Assembly (NCBI RefSeq): GCF_006345805.1
Contig: NC_043015.1
Span: 41,478,001-41,542,000, forward strand
Direction: 5' to 3'
Length of the DNA stretch: 64,000 bases
Source: Octopus sinensis
Taxonomy: Eukaryota
Under the pieces are notes generated by a model. It made no database searches. It was not told the DNA's origin and saw nothing but the letters and a program-made list of their open reading frames with translations. Within the stretch, counting starts at the first letter, position 1. Each line of letters opens with the position of its first letter. The position numbers and the translations under genes are program-made. Of the stretch, positions 24,606 to 37,580 are shown piece after piece.

Positions 24606-26544
24606 ATTATTATTATTATAATAAAGGCGGTGGGCTGGCAGAATTGTTAGCACGTGTAGCATTTCACCCATTGCTATGTTCTGAGTTCAAATTCCGTTGA
24701 GGCTGACTTTGCCTTTCATCCTTTTGGGGTCAATGAAAGTATGATACAAACTAATTCCCAGCCCTTAAAATTTCCAGCTTTGTGCCTGTCTATAGTATAA
24801 AGAATTATTATTATCATTATTATTGTTATTATTCATAAGGTGGCGTGTTGGTAGAATTGTTAGCATGCTGGGCAGAATGCTTTGTGGCATTTTGTCTTAC
24901 TTTACTTTCTGAGTTCAAATTCCGCCAAAGTCGACTTTGCCTTTCATCCTTTTGGGGTTGATAAAATAAGTACCAGTTGAGTACTGGGGTCAATGTAATC
25001 AACTCACACCCCCTGCCAAATATCAGGGTTTGTGCCTGTGGTAGAAAGGATTATTATTATCATAATCCTGCTGCAGAAGCTTGCTTTCTTTAAGAGTCAG
25101 ATGGGATTTCTTGTCTAGATTGAGCCTGGTGCAGCCTCTGGCTCACCAGTCCTCAGTCAAACTGTCCAACCCATGCCTGCATGGAAAGTGGACGTTAAAC
25201 GATGATGATAATGATGATGATTTGCATCCATTTGTGGCACTAAATTGGTAAATGGTAGAATATCTTGCATGATTCCAAAACTTTTCTTTGTTTCATTTGC
25301 CAAAGCAAAGAAAAAAAAATCACTGATAAATCAAAAAATAAAACAAATAGAAAAGTTTTTGTTCTTTTTTGCTTGTTTGAGTTTAATTGTTCAGGTTTCT
25401 TCATAAAAAAAAAAGAATGGTTTTTAGTTTCTTGATTCTACTTAGGTGTAAGTTTTATTCTTTAAAGAAAGGAAATAACGAGAGATTCCAAGAAGTTTGG
25501 CGGAGTTTAATGTTGGAATCACTGTCTCTGTGGACTGTCTGTTCCTTTTAGTTTTAATATTTTTGTATGTACACACGTATAACTATACACTCACCCATAC
25601 ATACTCATACTTAGACATACACACTCATATACATACCTATACACATTCCCATACTCAAACACATATATATCTACAATGAGTCACTCACTCACACACACAA
25701 GCAAGCACATGTCTAGCCATACACATTTACACACATATACACTTAGGCAATCGTATATATACCCATACGTTTTCCCATACACAAGCACATATACATGCAC
25801 ACATGCACAAACACACTCATACACGCATACACAAACAAGCACGTGTAGAACCATACACATACATGCACTCATACAAAAACACACAAACATACGTTTGTTC
25901 TTTGGCGAAGTTCAGGTTCTGTCTTAAGTTGGACTTGGATTAAATTGAGAGAAAGAGAGAGAGAAAGAGAGGGAAAGAGAAAGAAAGTGAGAGAGAGAGA
26001 AGGGAGAGAGAGAGAAAGGGGGAGAGAGAGAAAGGGGGAGAGAGAGAGAAAGGGGGAGAGAGCAAGAAAGGGAGAGAGAGAAGAGAGAGAGAGAGAGAGA
26101 AGCACAAGATGACCAGCTTCACTCTGTTGTCCCTGTCTTACTGGATTGGCAACCATGGTTGGCCAAGACAACTGGAAACATATCAGAGATGACCAAGTCG
26201 ATCTATTGTGTCTCCCCTTGCTCTGAGGGATATGTCCATAATGACGTTGCTGATATTGTCCTTCTGTACTCCACGGCAGAAATGTTAAGATCGGTTCCTC
26301 TGGTAGCGAAAAGCACTCATGGCAGAACCATGTAAAAGTGACCAGGTGATGTCCTGTAAGGGCACCTGTGTGGTTGCCACGTAAAAGCACCCAGGACATT
26401 CTGCAAAGTGGTTGGCATTAGGAAGGGCATCCATCTGTAGAAACCAAGCCAAATCAGATTTGAGTCTGGTGCAGCTCCCTGGCTTGCCAGCATGGACAAC
26501 AGATGTTACATGATGATGGTGATGATGATCTTGATGGAATTTGA

Positions 26545-26870
26545 CCGCTTATGGTTAGGCGTCCTCCACATTGTTTGTTCCTTCTCGAGCCATGCCCGGC
26601 TCTTAAGGGCCGGTTTCCTGGTTTCCTTGGCATATAGGTTCCCCACCTGGATGGGACTCTGGTTTGTTGCAGGTGAGCTGCAAGATGCAGGAGGAAAGAG
26701 TGAGAGAAAGTTGTGGCGAAAGAGTCAGCAGAAGTTCGCCATTACCTTCTACCGGAGCCGCGTGGAGCTTAGGTGTTTCGCTCACAAACACACACATCGC
26801 CTGGGCTGAGATTCAAACCCGCAATCCCTCGACCGCGAGTCTGCTGCTCTAACCAGTAGGCCATGTGCCT
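26545..26870 (-). mobile_element. tRNA-derived SINE family B2
   Basis: Minus-strand tRNA-like head (gaggcacatggcctactggttagagcagcagactcgcggtcg..ggtttgaatc); related copies at 33470 and 46545. Confidence 0.7.
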
Positions 26871-27300
26871 CTGCTCTGTCCCTTGTGCCGGTGGTATGTA
26901 AAAGCACTCTCTACACTCTCGGAGTGGTTGGCGCTAGAAAGAGCATCCAGCTGTAGAAACTCTGCCAGATCAAGATTGGAGCCTGGTGCAGTCATCTGGT
27001 TTGCCAGTTCTCAGTCAAATTGTCAAACCCATGCTAGTATGGAGAGCGGACGTTAAAGGATGATGATGATGTGTGTACATACATACACACACGTATATAC
27101 ACACACACATACATATACACACACCCACATATACACACACTTGTATATATACTCACACATGTACATACATATACACACACATGCACATATATACACACTT
27201 ACACACACAGACACACATGTACACTTAATTTATTATTAATGATTTTCATGTTTTTGACATAGATTGTTTTTATATGTATTTTTATGATGTGTGTGTATAC

Positions 27301-27390
<90 letters not shown>

Positions 27391-28069
27391 TACATACACT
27401 CATACATGCATGCTGTTTGTGTTTTCTGTATTATTGCACAACCTGCATGCTGCCTGCTTCCAGCTTTTGCATGCTTCCAAAATACTTAATTCTTTTTTTT
27501 TATTATTATTTATCTCACAACACTTGTTTTCTTTTTTTTAATAGCACTTGATTTGCTGTCAATTAATTTTCTTTTCTTTAATTGATTAAGAGGACAAAAA
27601 AACAAAAAAAAATAAAACAAAAAAAATACTCCCAACATTTTCAAACAAAACAACATTAATCTTTCTGACCACTCTGTGACTTATTAGCAGCACCGTGGTG
27701 GGGGTCAGTTGCTTAGTTATAAGAACGATGGACTTGCTCGTTGGAGATGAGGTACAAGTGTTCGGCTTTTGCTGAACGACCTGCACACATGATTGGTTTA
27801 TAGGGATCAAATGTATGTACTGTACATCAGCTCATTCTGTCCATCAAATTGACATTACCTGAACAGGTGAATGCACCTGAACAGGTGAATGCACCTGAAC
27901 AGGTGTATGCATCAAGTGTCGAAGTGATCGTAAAACAATGTGAGATGAAGTGTTTTGCTCAAGGACACAATGCACCACCAAGTCTAGGAATTGAAACCAC
28001 GATTGCTAGACCATGAGTGTAATGTTCTAACCACTAGACCATGCATCTTCTACAACAACAATAATAATG

Positions 28070-28102
<33 letters not shown>

Positions 28103-29519
28103 GTTTCAGATTTTTCCACAAGGGTAGCAGTTTTGGGGGAGGGGGTGAGTCGATTACATCGACCCCCAATGTTTTACTGGAACTTATTTTATAGACCCCA
28201 AAAGGATGAAAAGCAAAGTTGACCTCAGTGGAATTTGAACTCAGAACGTAGTGTTAGACGGAAAACTGCTAAGCTTTTCGCCCAGCGTGCTAACGTTTCT
28301 GCCAGCTCACTGCCTTAATAATAATAATAATCCTTTGTACTATAAACTCTAGGCCTGAAATTCTAGGGGAGAGGTCTAGTTCATTACATTGACCACAGTG
28401 TGTAACCGGTACTTATTTTATTGATCCCGAAAGGATCAAAGGCTATGTTGACCTTGGCTGAATTTGAACTCAGAATGTAAAGTCATATGAAATGCTGCTA
28501 AGCTTTTTATCTGGTATAGTAATGATTTTACCAGCTTGCCACGTTAATAATAATAATAATAATAATAATAATCATTTAATGTCCATCTTTCATGGGTAGG
28601 ATGGTTGACAGGAGCTGGCCAGGTAGAAAAACTACCCTAGGCTACTGTGTCTGTTTTGGCAGGGATTTTACAGCTGGATGCCCTTCCTAACACCAACCAC
28701 ACTGCAGAGTGGACTCAGTGCTTTTTATGTGGCACCAGCGCAGGCGAGGTCAGTTTAGGGATGGTTTTTACAGCTGGATGCCCTTGCAAATAATAATAAT
28801 AATAATAATGATGATTGAAGAATTTGTGGGTATTTTCTAAACCCTTTAGCATTCAAATTACTCTGCCGAATGTAATGCTTAGCTATTCATGTTGTTTTGA
28901 ATCAGTTTAGGATGATATTGTAGGGTAGGTGTGAGATGCCAGATCTAGCTGGGATCAACATAGAACAGATAGAATATTAGGGGCCTGATGCAACCAGTTT
29001 AACCACTAAAGGGTCAAGTATAATCAAGTGTGTGTGTGTTCATGTGCATGCATGTACACACACACGTGAAAGGATTTCTGTATGATTACTGAACATGATA
29101 AAAATAACAGCCAATGCCCCTTAGAACCACACAACTTACCATTAAAAATGAAATAGATATATTGATCTGAAAAAAAAAGAAAAACACGAGGGATGGTCAT
29201 GGTTGAAATATTTTGATCATAGGTATGCTTGATGGCCTGGGGCTAAACAGTGACACGGTTGGTTTGGTATATTTTTTTTACCATGTATATTTTAGAAATT
29301 CTAAGAAACTTTGGCTCATGAAGTAAACCTTGATATATTTTTGTTTTCGGAACATTTCCAATGGTGTTTCTTTATTTTGCCGCACAATAAATACAGAAAT
29401 ATTTACTTCTACATGTATGCATGCCTTTATACATAACGCATTTGTGTACACACACACACACACACACAACATACATATAAAGTAGTATACATATATTTCT
29501 TAATAATATATTATTATTA

Positions 29520-29923
29520 TGGTGCAGGAGTGGCTGTGTGGTAGGTAGCTTGTTTACCAACCACATGGTTCCGGGTTCAGTCCCATTGCGTGGCATCTTG
29601 GGCAAGTGTCTTCTGCTATAGCCCCGGGCCGACCAATGCCTTGTGAGTGGATTTGGTAGACGGAAACTGAAAGAAGCCTGTCGTATATATGTATATATAT
29701 ATGTATGTGTGTATATGTGTTTGTGTGTCTCTGTTTGTCCCCCTAGCATTGCTTGACAACCGATGCTGGTGTGTTTACGTCCCCGTCACTTAGCAGCTCG
29801 GCAAAAGAGACCGATAGAATAAGTACTGGGCTTACAAAAGAACAAGTCCCGGGGTTGAGTTGCTCGACTAAAGGCGGTGCTCCAGCATGGCCGCAGTCAA
29901 ATGACTGAAACGAGTGAAAGAGT
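29520..29923 (+). mobile_element. tRNA-derived SINE family C, full length
   Basis: Head ggtgcaggagtggctgtgtggtag..gggttcagtccc, internal (TA/TG)n, tail aaacgagtgaaagag. Confidence 0.85.
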
Positions 29924-30034
29924 ATAAGGAAATCAATATTGAACTCAACATAAAGATGTACCCATGTGAAAGACCTTATTGTATTAAAAATATATATAAA
30001 TAAATAAATATAAAAATATAAATATAATATAATA

Positions 30035-30295
30035 GCGCCGCCCTGACTGACCTCCGTGAAGGTGGCACGTAAAAAGCACCATCCGATCGTGGCTGTTTGC
30101 CAGCCTCGATGCCGGTGGCACGTAAAAAGCACCCACTACGCTCACGAAGTGGTTGGCGTTAGGAAGGGCATCCAGCTGTAGAAACACTGCCAGATCAGAC
30201 TGGAGCCTGGTGCAGCCTCCTGGCTTCCCAGACCCTAGTTGAACCGTCCAACCCATGCCAGCATGGAAAGCGGACGTTAAACAATAATGATGATA
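30035..30295 (+). mobile_element. Family D repeat, well-preserved copy
   Basis: Family motif plus (AAT/GAT)n tail. Confidence 0.8.
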
Positions 30296-31569
30296 ATGAT
30301 GAATGTATAAGATAAATTTGATAGTTTAAAAGTTTTGAATTAATGTAGTATATATAATGTAGTATCTTATAAAGTAGTATATGTATGTGTAGATGTGTGT
30401 ATGTGTATGTGAACTTAGTGCGGTTTAAATGTTTTTTGATATCAACTCGTTTGAGACTGCCTTTGGTTTTGTGGTACAAACTTTTTGTTTGAAAGAGATC
30501 AGTGTTAAAATTGCCCACCAAGACTTCATATTAATTTGTGTTCCAAATATTAGCTTTTTTTTTACTAAATCCTCCATAATTTTCGAAGCTTATTAAAATG
30601 TGGCATGTAAAAAGCACCGTTCAAAGATTGAGCCTCATGGAGGCAGTGACAGGTGACTGAGACCTTTGGTGATATAACATGCTTGTGTAGACTTGTAGTT
30701 GTGGTTGATACTGGTGTCAGGTCAATGGCACCTGTGCCGGTGGCACATAAAAAGCACCCATTACACTCCTGGAGTGGTTGACGTTAGGAAGGGCATCCAG
30801 CTGTCGAAGCACTGCCAGATCAGATTGGAGCCTGGTGCAGCTCCCTGGCCTACCAGTTTACAGTCAAACTGCCCAACCCATGACAGCTTGGAAAACAGAC
30901 CTTAAATGATGATGATGACGATGATGATGTACAGACAGTGTGTTTGGTAGATGGAAACTGAAAGTAGCCTGTTATGCATATGTACTTGTGTGCATGTGTG
31001 TGTGTGTGTGCATGTGTGTGTGCAGCCTTGTCTAGGCATTACATGATGGTTGTAAATGAGCATCACTGTCATACAAGCGAGGTTGTTTGTTTCCAGGCCT
31101 CCACGGAAAGCATGTCTGCCCAGGGGGTGGGGGATATCACCTCGTTTGGGAAATAGGTGAGAGTTGGCAACAGGAAGTGCATGTGGTTGGAGAAAATTGG
31201 TCTCAATGCATTCCATGTGACCCATGCAAACATGGAAAAGTGGATGCTAAAAAAATTGATGATGATGAGAGGATGACTGGAAAGTGAAGCTCACTTCATT
31301 GGAATTTGAACCCAGTGTTTGGAGAGTCAGATAATATACAAGGCATTTTATCCAGTGCTCTGATCATCATCATCATTTTACATTAGTTTTCTATGGTATC
31401 ATGGGTTGGACAGTTTGGCCAGAGTTAGCAAGGCCAGGGGATGCACCAGGCCCCATTATCTGTTCAGGAATGGTTACTACGGCTGGATGCCCTTTCTAAT
31501 ACCAACCACTCTACAGAGTGTACTGGGTGCTTTTTATGTGGTCCCAGCATGGGAGCTTTTCACATGGGA

Positions 31570-31905
31570 TTAGCACAGGTGCTTTTTACGTGGCCCCAAC
31601 ACAGGTGCTTTTTATGTGGCCCCAACACAGATGCTTCTTACGTGGCCCCAACACATATGCTTTTTATGTGGCCCCAACACAGATGCTTTTTACGTGGCCC
31701 AACACAGATGCTTTTTATGTGGGTCCAACACAGGTGCTTTTTATGTGGCCCCAACACAGATGCTTTTTACGTGGCCCCAACACAGATGCTTTTTACGTGG
31801 CTCCAACACAGATGCTTTTTATGTGGCCCCAACACATATGCTTTTTATGTGGCCCCAACACAGATGCTTTTTATGTGGCCCCCAACACAGATGCTTTTTA
31901 TGTGC
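31570..31905. repeat. About 26-bp minisatellite GTGGCCCCAACACAGATGCTTTTTAT, about 13 copies
   Basis: Direct reading; grades into the family D segment ggtgctttttatgtggcacc. Confidence 0.9.
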
Positions 31906-33388
31906 TGCCAGCATGGGTGCTTTGTATGTGGTGCTGGAACAGGTGCTTCATGTGTGGCACCAACACAGGTGTCACTTTATGTGGCACCAGCACGGGTACT
32001 TTTTATATGGTACCAGCACCTGTGGGGTCATGAAGTGGCTTGCAAGACGAGAACCTTTCAGCTTAGAGAACGAGTGGAACCGGGTGGGGGGGATGAGTGT
32101 TGTTCAGGCAAGAGGTTGCAGTATGATGGGGAGGATAGGGGTAGCTGTCTTATTACAAAGGAGGTACTTGGCAACCCCAGAAGCACAAGGAAAGAGAGGA
32201 ATGTGGGGGGGAGAGAGAGAGAGAGAGAGAGAGAAAAAAGAATTACCCACAGGGAACAGTGTGGGGGATTATAAGTAGTATAGAGAGGGGGGATAGAGGG
32301 GGCATGCTCCATAAGAGTGTGAGGTGGGGGGAATATTTAGAGTTAGCAAGTGATTTAAATAAATACATTATTAATTACACGAAAAGCTGTTGGCACTGTT
32401 TGCAGAAATGTGTGTGAGCATGGGTGCCAGTGTGCGCGAGTGTGTCTGTGTGTCCTCTAAATCTCGTTCACTGCTTGCATTTTGCTGGGGTTTTTTTTTT
32501 CCTGTTGTTTATTAGTTTTCTTTAATAGCAGCTGTGCTTCCTTTTATATATTTTTTTTTTTGTATATATTATATATTTTCTTTCTTTTGTTTTACTTAAT
32601 TTCTTTTCACTTTTTCTTTCTTTTTTTCTCTCTCACTATTTATTCAACGATTCTTTGATTTGAAATCCCTTGAAAACATTGGTAAAGTTAAACAGTAAAT
32701 CCCAAACACCCCCTTTTTTTCTTCTTTTTTTTTGTTTTGAAATAACCATTTTTATTGGTTCTGGTGTTGTTACTTTTACTCTTTGTCGTGATTAAAAATA
32801 ATCTATTTTTCTTCTTATTTTTCTTTAATCAACAAATTATACAACAGGTGTGAATTCTTTAATCTCCATGCTGTTGACTTTAGTTAACGATTATTTACTA
32901 TTTCAGACCATTTTGACCCCATCGTTAAAAAAAACGACTGGTCTTATTTCAAATCGATCAGAAAGTTTTAGTATGGTTGTTAGACTAGCAGCAGTGTCTC
33001 TCTTAAAATGATATTCTGTAATCTTAAAGAATAAAGGAATGAAACTGTGTATAATGTAGTCTAAGATAAACTATGCCTGCCAAAAAAAAAAAAAAACAAT
33101 TAAAAATATAAATAAAAATAAAAGATGAAATGGTCACAGCTGGAATATCTTTGATTGTATATCTAATGATCTAAGAGCTAGGGCAATAAGAGTAACAGCA
33201 GCAGGTAGTTTGTGTGTGCATATGTATGTATGTATGTCTCACGCACACGCACAATGTCAAATGCTATAAGGACTAAATTATTGTTCAAGCTAGATAAAAT
33301 TCTTAAAACCCAGTGTCTCAGTCATGGAAGGCATAAACCAGCAGAACAAGAGTTGACTATAAGAATATATATATATGGTTGAGCTAAG

Positions 33389-33454
<66 letters not shown>

Positions 33455-33469
33455 TTATTTATTTATCTA

Positions 33470-33763
33470 TGTACCCTTTTCAAGCCTAGCCATGCTCATG
33501 GGCCCGGTTTCTCTGGCGTATGTGTTTCCCCCCAGCTGGATGGGACGCCAGTCCATCGCACCGTTATTCAAGAAACAGGAAGAAAATGTGAGAGGAAGTT
33601 GGGGCGAAAGAGTCCAACGGGTCGCCACCACCCCCTGCTGGAGCCTCGTGGATCTTTAGGTGTTTTTGCTCAATAAACACAGACAACGCCCGGTCTGGGA
33701 ATCAAAACCGCGATCCCCCGACCATGAGTCCACTGCCTTAACCACTGGGCCATTGCGCCTCCA
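33470..33763 (-). mobile_element. SINE family B2
   Basis: Minus-strand head ggaggcgcaatggcccagtggttaaggcagtggactc..ggttttgattcccag. Confidence 0.75.
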
Positions 33764-34099
33764 TATATATATGTCGTCATTTAATATTATGTTTTTAGCA
33801 CAGACCATTTCTAAGAGATGTCATCTCAAGGCAAATACCACAGTGCCTATTGACACTGTGTATACATTAGGTATGATACACAGATGGCTATTACATATAT
33901 GCATGTGTGTGTATAATGTCAATTTTTTTAAATGAAAGCTCTTTAAGAGATAGCAATGTAATAAACATCAGAGATAGTTTGCCTCACACAGCGGGTATCT
34001 CAGAGTACCTTCAGCTGGTATCTCAGAGTCACAAGTGTTTCACATCCTGGCATGCATTTTTGACCTGAATAGCACAGCAAGGACTGAATTAACCTTCAC

Positions 34100-34380
34100 C
34101 TGCAGAAGAGTTCCATTTGTGTTCTCATGTCGGTCAATCACTCATGACCACTTTGAGTTAGTTTCAGCTGCTGTACCAATCTCCTTGGCAGCTGTCTTCA
34201 ATTGTTTGGGTTCCAAACCGGTATTCCGAAGTAAATGGTACACTGATCTTTGCCGGGAATTGATGACAACTAACTTCATAGGAGTGGGGCTGTGTGCCAT
34301 CCTTTGGCAAAATTTTAATCAATTAAGTTCACCTGATATTTCGCTTTCTTCATTGGTAAAAAAAGTCAAGTCTGGCATTA
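34100..34380 (-). mobile_element. Highly decayed RLE-domain C-terminus of a HERO/NeSL-like non-LTR retrotransposon
   Basis: Frameshifted minus-strand translation PDLTFF..EL..KGWHTA.SYEVSCHQFPAK.SVYHLLRNTGL..KQLKTAAKEIGTAAETNSKW resembles PDIV..ELT..GW..VEVGCRGF..S..LL..LG..K.I..AAE.AS.W (recalled). Confidence 0.45.
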
Positions 34381-35288
34381 ATTTATTAGCTTTAGTATTA
34401 TGTAATTAATATTATTAGCAATGCTACTTTATTATAAATATTATTATTATTATATTATTAGTAGTAGTAGTAGTAGTATTAAGGCAGTGAGCTGGCAGAA
34501 TCGTTAGCATGCCAGGCAAAATGTTTAGTGGCATTTCGTTTGTCTTTACATTCTGAGTTCAAATTCTGCCAAGCTCAACTTTGCCTTTCATTCTCTTGGG
34601 GTCGATAAACTAAATACGAGTTGAGGGCTAATGTCAATGTAATCAATTTCCTCTCTTCCCTTGAACTTGCTGGCCTTGTGCCAAAATTTGAAAACCACTA
34701 CTACTACTACTACTACTAGTAGTAGTAGTAGTAGTGTGGGGACATGCTGTAATAGTGCATCACTGCATCCACCATTTGTTGGCAGTCCCCTATTACTCCC
34801 AGTGGATGACACTTTTGCACCACTTGGGCAACGGCCCTCTCACCCGTGGCTCTGTTTCGGTAGTTTTGTTACTGGTGAGGGCCTCATGAAGTCCTTGAGT
34901 GCAAATCCTACTTCAACCTCTTTTAGCCACCTTTTACAACATGCAGAGGAAACGATGGGTCTATTCTTAAACCAGTTTCGGTTTAACGTTGCCAAGGGAC
35001 CATGATATGAATCCTTTAAGTGTTGTAATAATAATAATAATAATAATAATAATATAATAATAATAACAACAATAGTAATAATCGGGCACACGGCCTGAAA
35101 TTTTGGGGGAGGGGACTGGTTGATTATATTAACCCCAGTATTTCGCTGGTACTTATTTTATCGACCCTGAAAGGATGAAAGACAAAGTCGACCTCAGCAG
35201 AATTTGAACTCAGAACAGAAATATGGACGAAATACTGCTAAGCATTTCACCCAGCATGCTAACGATTCTGCCAGCTCATTGCCTTAGC

Positions 35289-35323
<35 letters not shown>

Positions 35324-35340
35324 TAATAATGATGATATTA

Positions 35341-35372
<32 letters not shown>

Positions 35373-35564
35373 GATAGTAATAATAATAATAACGATGGAA
35401 AAATCTATTTTTGGCTCTTTTGCTTCTTTGATCTACTTTTTGTTTTTGTATTTTTTTGTATTTTATGTTTCTGTCGATTATAGAATGTTACATATTGATA
35501 TATTCTATCAACATAAATATTAAAGCTGTTGTTACGCCCACCCACATACATGTATGTGTGTACA

Positions 35565-35620
<56 letters not shown>

Positions 35621-35819
35621 TGTATGTACATATACATGTATGTATGTATGTATACATGTATGTCTGTATACATGTATGTATGTATACAAATATATATATA
35701 TATATATACAGGGGTTGGACAAAATAATGGAAACACCTTAAAATTTGAAATAAATATAAATGTACGTATACATGTATACATATGTGTGTATACATATATG
35801 TCTGTGTATATGTATGTAT

Positions 35820-35850
<31 letters not shown>

Positions 35851-35856
35851 CACTCA

Positions 35857-37133
35857 CAGGGGTTGGACAAAATAATGGAAACACCTAAAAATTTCAAACA
35901 AATTAATTTTAATATGGGGTAGGACCGCCTTTGGCAGTAATTACAGCTTGAATTCTATGAGGTATGAACTTGTACAAAGTTTGAATTGTTTCCAAAGGAA
36001 TTTTTGTCCATTCTTCAACTAAAATAGACTCCAGTTCTTGTAGTGATGATGGTGGAAGATATTGACTCCTTACATGTTTTTGTAAAATGCACCATAAATG
36101 TTCAGAAATATTGAAATCTGGGGACTGTGGTGGCCAGATAAGATGTTCAACTTCACTAGAATGTTCCTCGTGCCATTTTCAGTAACAACTTTAGCTGTGT
36201 GAATTGGTGCATTATTATCCTGAAAGATCGCGTTTCTCTCTGGAAACAGTTCTGCAACCATAGGATGAATTTGATCAGATAAAATGCTAAAATAGTCTTG
36301 ACAATTAATTCTGCCATGAAGGGAAACCATTGGGCTGGAAGATTTCCAAGATATAGCCCCTCCCCAGATTATCACAGATCCTCCTCCATGTTTAACAGTT
36401 GGAAGAAGGCAGTCTGGGTCAAATGCTTCTTTTGGCTGTCTCCACACGTATACTTGGTTGGTGGTCAGAAATATGGTAAAGGATGACTTGTCCAAGAAAA
36501 TAACATTCTTCCACTGCTCTAGGGACCAATTCTGTAGGTTTTTATTCCACTTTAAACACTTTGCAACGTTTGTTTTTGAAAGTAGTGGTTTTCTGATTGC
36601 AGCCCTCCCATGAAATCCGGCTTTGTGCAGCTCCTGGAAAACAGTTTTTCTGGAAACTATATTCTCAAAGTAGTCATTAAGCTCTGCAGTAATTTTGGGA
36701 GCTGTACTTTTGTGATCCTTTCTAACAATCCACGGAAAAGTCTGACGGTCCCTATCTGAAAGTTTTGGTTTTCTTCCAAAGTTTTGTTTCGACGAGGAGG
36801 TTATTCTCTCTCTCTCTCAAAGGTTGTCATTACTTTCGAGACAGGACTTCTTGATGCACCAAACATTTTGGCTGTTTTTGTTATGCTAGCACCTGCCATA
36901 CAAACACCAACAATTTGACCTCTTTGAAAGTCTGATAGTTCCGTCATTTTAATGAATTTTAATAACCTTTTTTCTGATGATATCTGAAAAGAAACAGCAA
37001 TTTTAGCAAAACATATTAAGCAACACTAATAATAAATCAAAAACATAAAAATAAACAAGCATTTGAAGGTTTTATAGATATTTCAAAATTATGATGTGAT
37101 GCTTGGTGTTTCCATTATTTTGTCCAACCCCTG
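35857..37133 (-). mobile_element. Near full-length Tc1-family transposon (1277 bp)
   Basis: About 29-bp TIRs CAGGGGTTGGACAAAATAATGGAAACACC / GGTGTTTCCATTATTTTGTCCAACCCCTG, with TA on the right flank. Confidence 0.92.
35909..36947 (-). pseudogene. Tc1-type transposase pseudogene
   Basis: MTELSDFQRGQIVG (HTH) ... WKNVIFLDKS ... KHGGGSVIIWG ... FQDNNAPIH ... WPPQSPDFNISEHLW ... RIQAVITAKGGPTPY*; frameshifts and altered catalytic residues. Confidence 0.9.
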
Positions 37134-37580
37134 TAAGTATACATGTATGTATGCATATGTATGTATACATATGTATGTATATGTATACATATTTAAGTAT
37201 ACATATATATGTATGTATAGATATGTATGTATACATATACATAGATATGTATGTACACACATATATATGTATGTATGTATACATATACATATGCATATAT
37301 GTATGCATGTATGTGTGTATATCAGTGTATTTTATTCTCTTGTCATAATTTCTACCCTCTTTGTTTTCACTAAAAGTTAGAAAAATTATACGAACTGTGC
37401 AGTCTGCTTGAAAGAGAGCTGCTGTAACATATGGACATGTGTATACATACATAAACATGTACACACACAACACACGCACACACATATAGATATATGTGCA
37501 CATACACACATACACACACACACATGTATGTATATCTCTTTTACAGGGGTAAGTTGTCATATGATTGTGGTTTATTCCAG

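Noticed and set aside
31441-32278. Long ORFs of 277, 171 and 220 aa
   Set aside because: Translations of the 26-bp minisatellite and GA tracts
37494-37580. ATG at 37494 as the gene start
   Set aside because: Upstream residues derive from CA/TA repeats; there is an acceptor at 37580 and in-phase upstream exons exist
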